A stretch of 64,000 nucleotides of DNA, from the NCBI GenBank assembly GCA_043228905.1, contig JBHGNT010000008.1, positions 9,362,001 through 9,426,000 on the forward strand, in the 5' to 3' direction. Below, piece after piece: positions 62,265 to 64,000 of the stretch. The position numbers and the translations under genes are program-made. The number at the start of each line of letters is the position of its first letter. Positions within the stretch are counted from its first letter, which is position 1. The stretch is from Azolla caroliniana (lineage: Eukaryota; Plantae; Polypodiophyta). The notes below the pieces were generated by a model that was given only the letters and a program-made list of their open reading frames with translations, was not told the DNA's origin and made no database searches.

Positions 62265-64000
62265 TGTGCGGAAATAACGCTCGCCCACAACCGAGTCTTC
62301 AACAAGGAATAGAAGAGAACAAACTAAAACAGAGATGACACATGATGCTAACGTGGAAAACCCTAAATGGGAAAAACCACGGGAGCCCACAGACTCCAAC
62401 TATCACTATGGGAGGAGGAATACAATGTGAGACTCAGAGGCAACGACCTTGAGCTCTATGTCTTCGCCAAACTGGCGAATACAACAAAAAAATAGTTCTG
62501 TATCTCTCTCTCTCTCTCTCACTCTCTGTATACTACAATATACAACAACACCATCATCACACACAAACTGATTTCCCTAAGCCAAATTTATACTTATATG
62601 AGTTTTGAGCTATTTACAAATATAGCCTCAATGGGCTTATCCTAACATATTTACAAATATGTCCTTGGATCCATCCGGAATCACTGGTTCCGGTTTCCAG
62701 ATCTTATCTGGAACCCTTATGAATCCGGCTTCTTCATCCGGATCGACCGATCCAGCTCCTTCGTTTCTCATCTGGATCCCATACAGAGGAACCGAATTCC
62801 CAACAAACTCCCCCTTCACTCCGGCATAGGATTTCTCATTAATCTGATCCATCTTCTGCACGCGTCTAGCTTGTCGGTTCGAAGCACCTTGGTCAGCATA
62901 TCCGATACGTTCTCCTTCGCGTTGATCTTTGTCAGCACGAAGTCTTGATGTTCTACCTTCTCTTAGAGCCAGTGATATCTCCTTTGGATGTGCTTGGTCC
63001 GGGAATGGTAGGTTGCAGTCTTCGCAAGGTGGATGGCACTTTGACTGTCGCAATAGAGCCAGAATTCCTCTTGTTGGATCCCTAGCTCTCCGATGAAGTC
63101 CTTCATCCAGATTATCTCCTTGCTGGCTTCCATAGCTACCATATACTCCGCTTCCGTTGTTGACAGTGCAACAAACTTTTGCAGCCTTGACTGCCATGAT
63201 ATGGCTCCCGCTGCATAAGTCATGACATATTTGGATGTTAATCGACTGGTATCTGCATCAGCCCACATATTTGAATCTGTGAATCCGTCAAGTTGGGGTT
63301 TGCCGAAGCCAAACTCGAGATGCCTTTCAGATACCGGAGTATCCACTTGACCGCGTTGTAGTGCTCTCTTCCCAGATTGCTCATGAACCGGCTAACTGCT
63401 CCGGCAACATATGCATTGTCCGACCGGGTGCACACCATTGCATACATTAAGCTTCTAATAGCAGAGGCATATGGTATCTTCGTCATATCCGACTTCTTGG
63501 CCTTTGTCTTCAGGCTCTGCTTTCCGGACAACTTGCAATTTTCCGGAAGTGTCAATTCGACCGGTTTCGCCTCTGACATGTTGAACCGCTGAAGCACCTT
63601 TGTCACGTACTTCTCCTGTGACAACCACAACAGCTTCTCCGACCGGTCTCGGATGATGTGCATCCCCAAAATCTGTCTTGCCGGACCCAAGTCTTTCATT
63701 GAGAAAGTTTGGTTTAGGGCCTTCTTCAGCATCCGTATCTTGACTTGGTCTCGTCCAACGATCAACATGTCGTCAACGTACAGGAGCAATATTAGGAAAT
63801 ATCCTCCGTCAAATTTCTTCACAAACACGCAGTGATCGGCTTGCATCTTGTGGTACCCTTGATCCGTCATGAAGGAGTCGAACTTCCGGTACCATTGCCG
63901 GGGGGCTTGCTTCAATCCGTATAAGCTCTTCTCTAGCCGGTATACCAAGTGCTCCTTCCCTTTCCTCTCAAATCCTTCCGGTTGATGCATGTAGATCTCT
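62265..64000 (-). mobile_element. 3' end of copia H (E/I-related): RT-RNase H, PPT, 3' LTR 62265-62805
   Basis: ORFs 63238-63990 and 62963-63346 closely resemble the E pol. PPT reverse complement AACTCCCCCTTC at 62806. LTR TGTTGGG...GCACA. Confidence 0.92.

Overview
A gene-free, eukaryotic transposon nest. It is plant-type and, by inference from the element types, probably from a fern or other non-seed land plant. About 85% of the window is a stack of Ty1/copia and Ty3/gypsy LTR retrotransposons, resolved from LTR termini, PBS/PPT and target-site duplications (TSDs). The stack runs copia A > copia G (13701-61406) > gypsy-type B (17863-59746) > a DNA-transposon block (about 26001-58415) > copia D > copia E (40516-45996). 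E is young and intact, with a single 1357-aa gag-pol ORF. The most unusual content is the AT-rich DNA-transposon block, about 8 kb once nested retroelements are removed. It holds a Sola2-like DDD transposase gene (+) facing two minus-strand cargo genes: an FCP1/NIF-type HAD phosphatase-like domain and a multi-exon RING-H2 protein. An intron of the transposase and an intron of the RING gene are filled with the same array of the perfect palindrome TAGCTAATTAGCTA. Other notable points are strong CCGG enrichment and CCGG-hairpin U3 arrays in one copia family, a gag-domain swap, tRNA-Trp-primed pol-less elements with 4-bp TSDs, a probably self-priming chromovirus, a plastid psbD fragment inside an LTR, and a 39-bp templated filler at a deletion junction. 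Family assignments come from motif recognition, not database searches.
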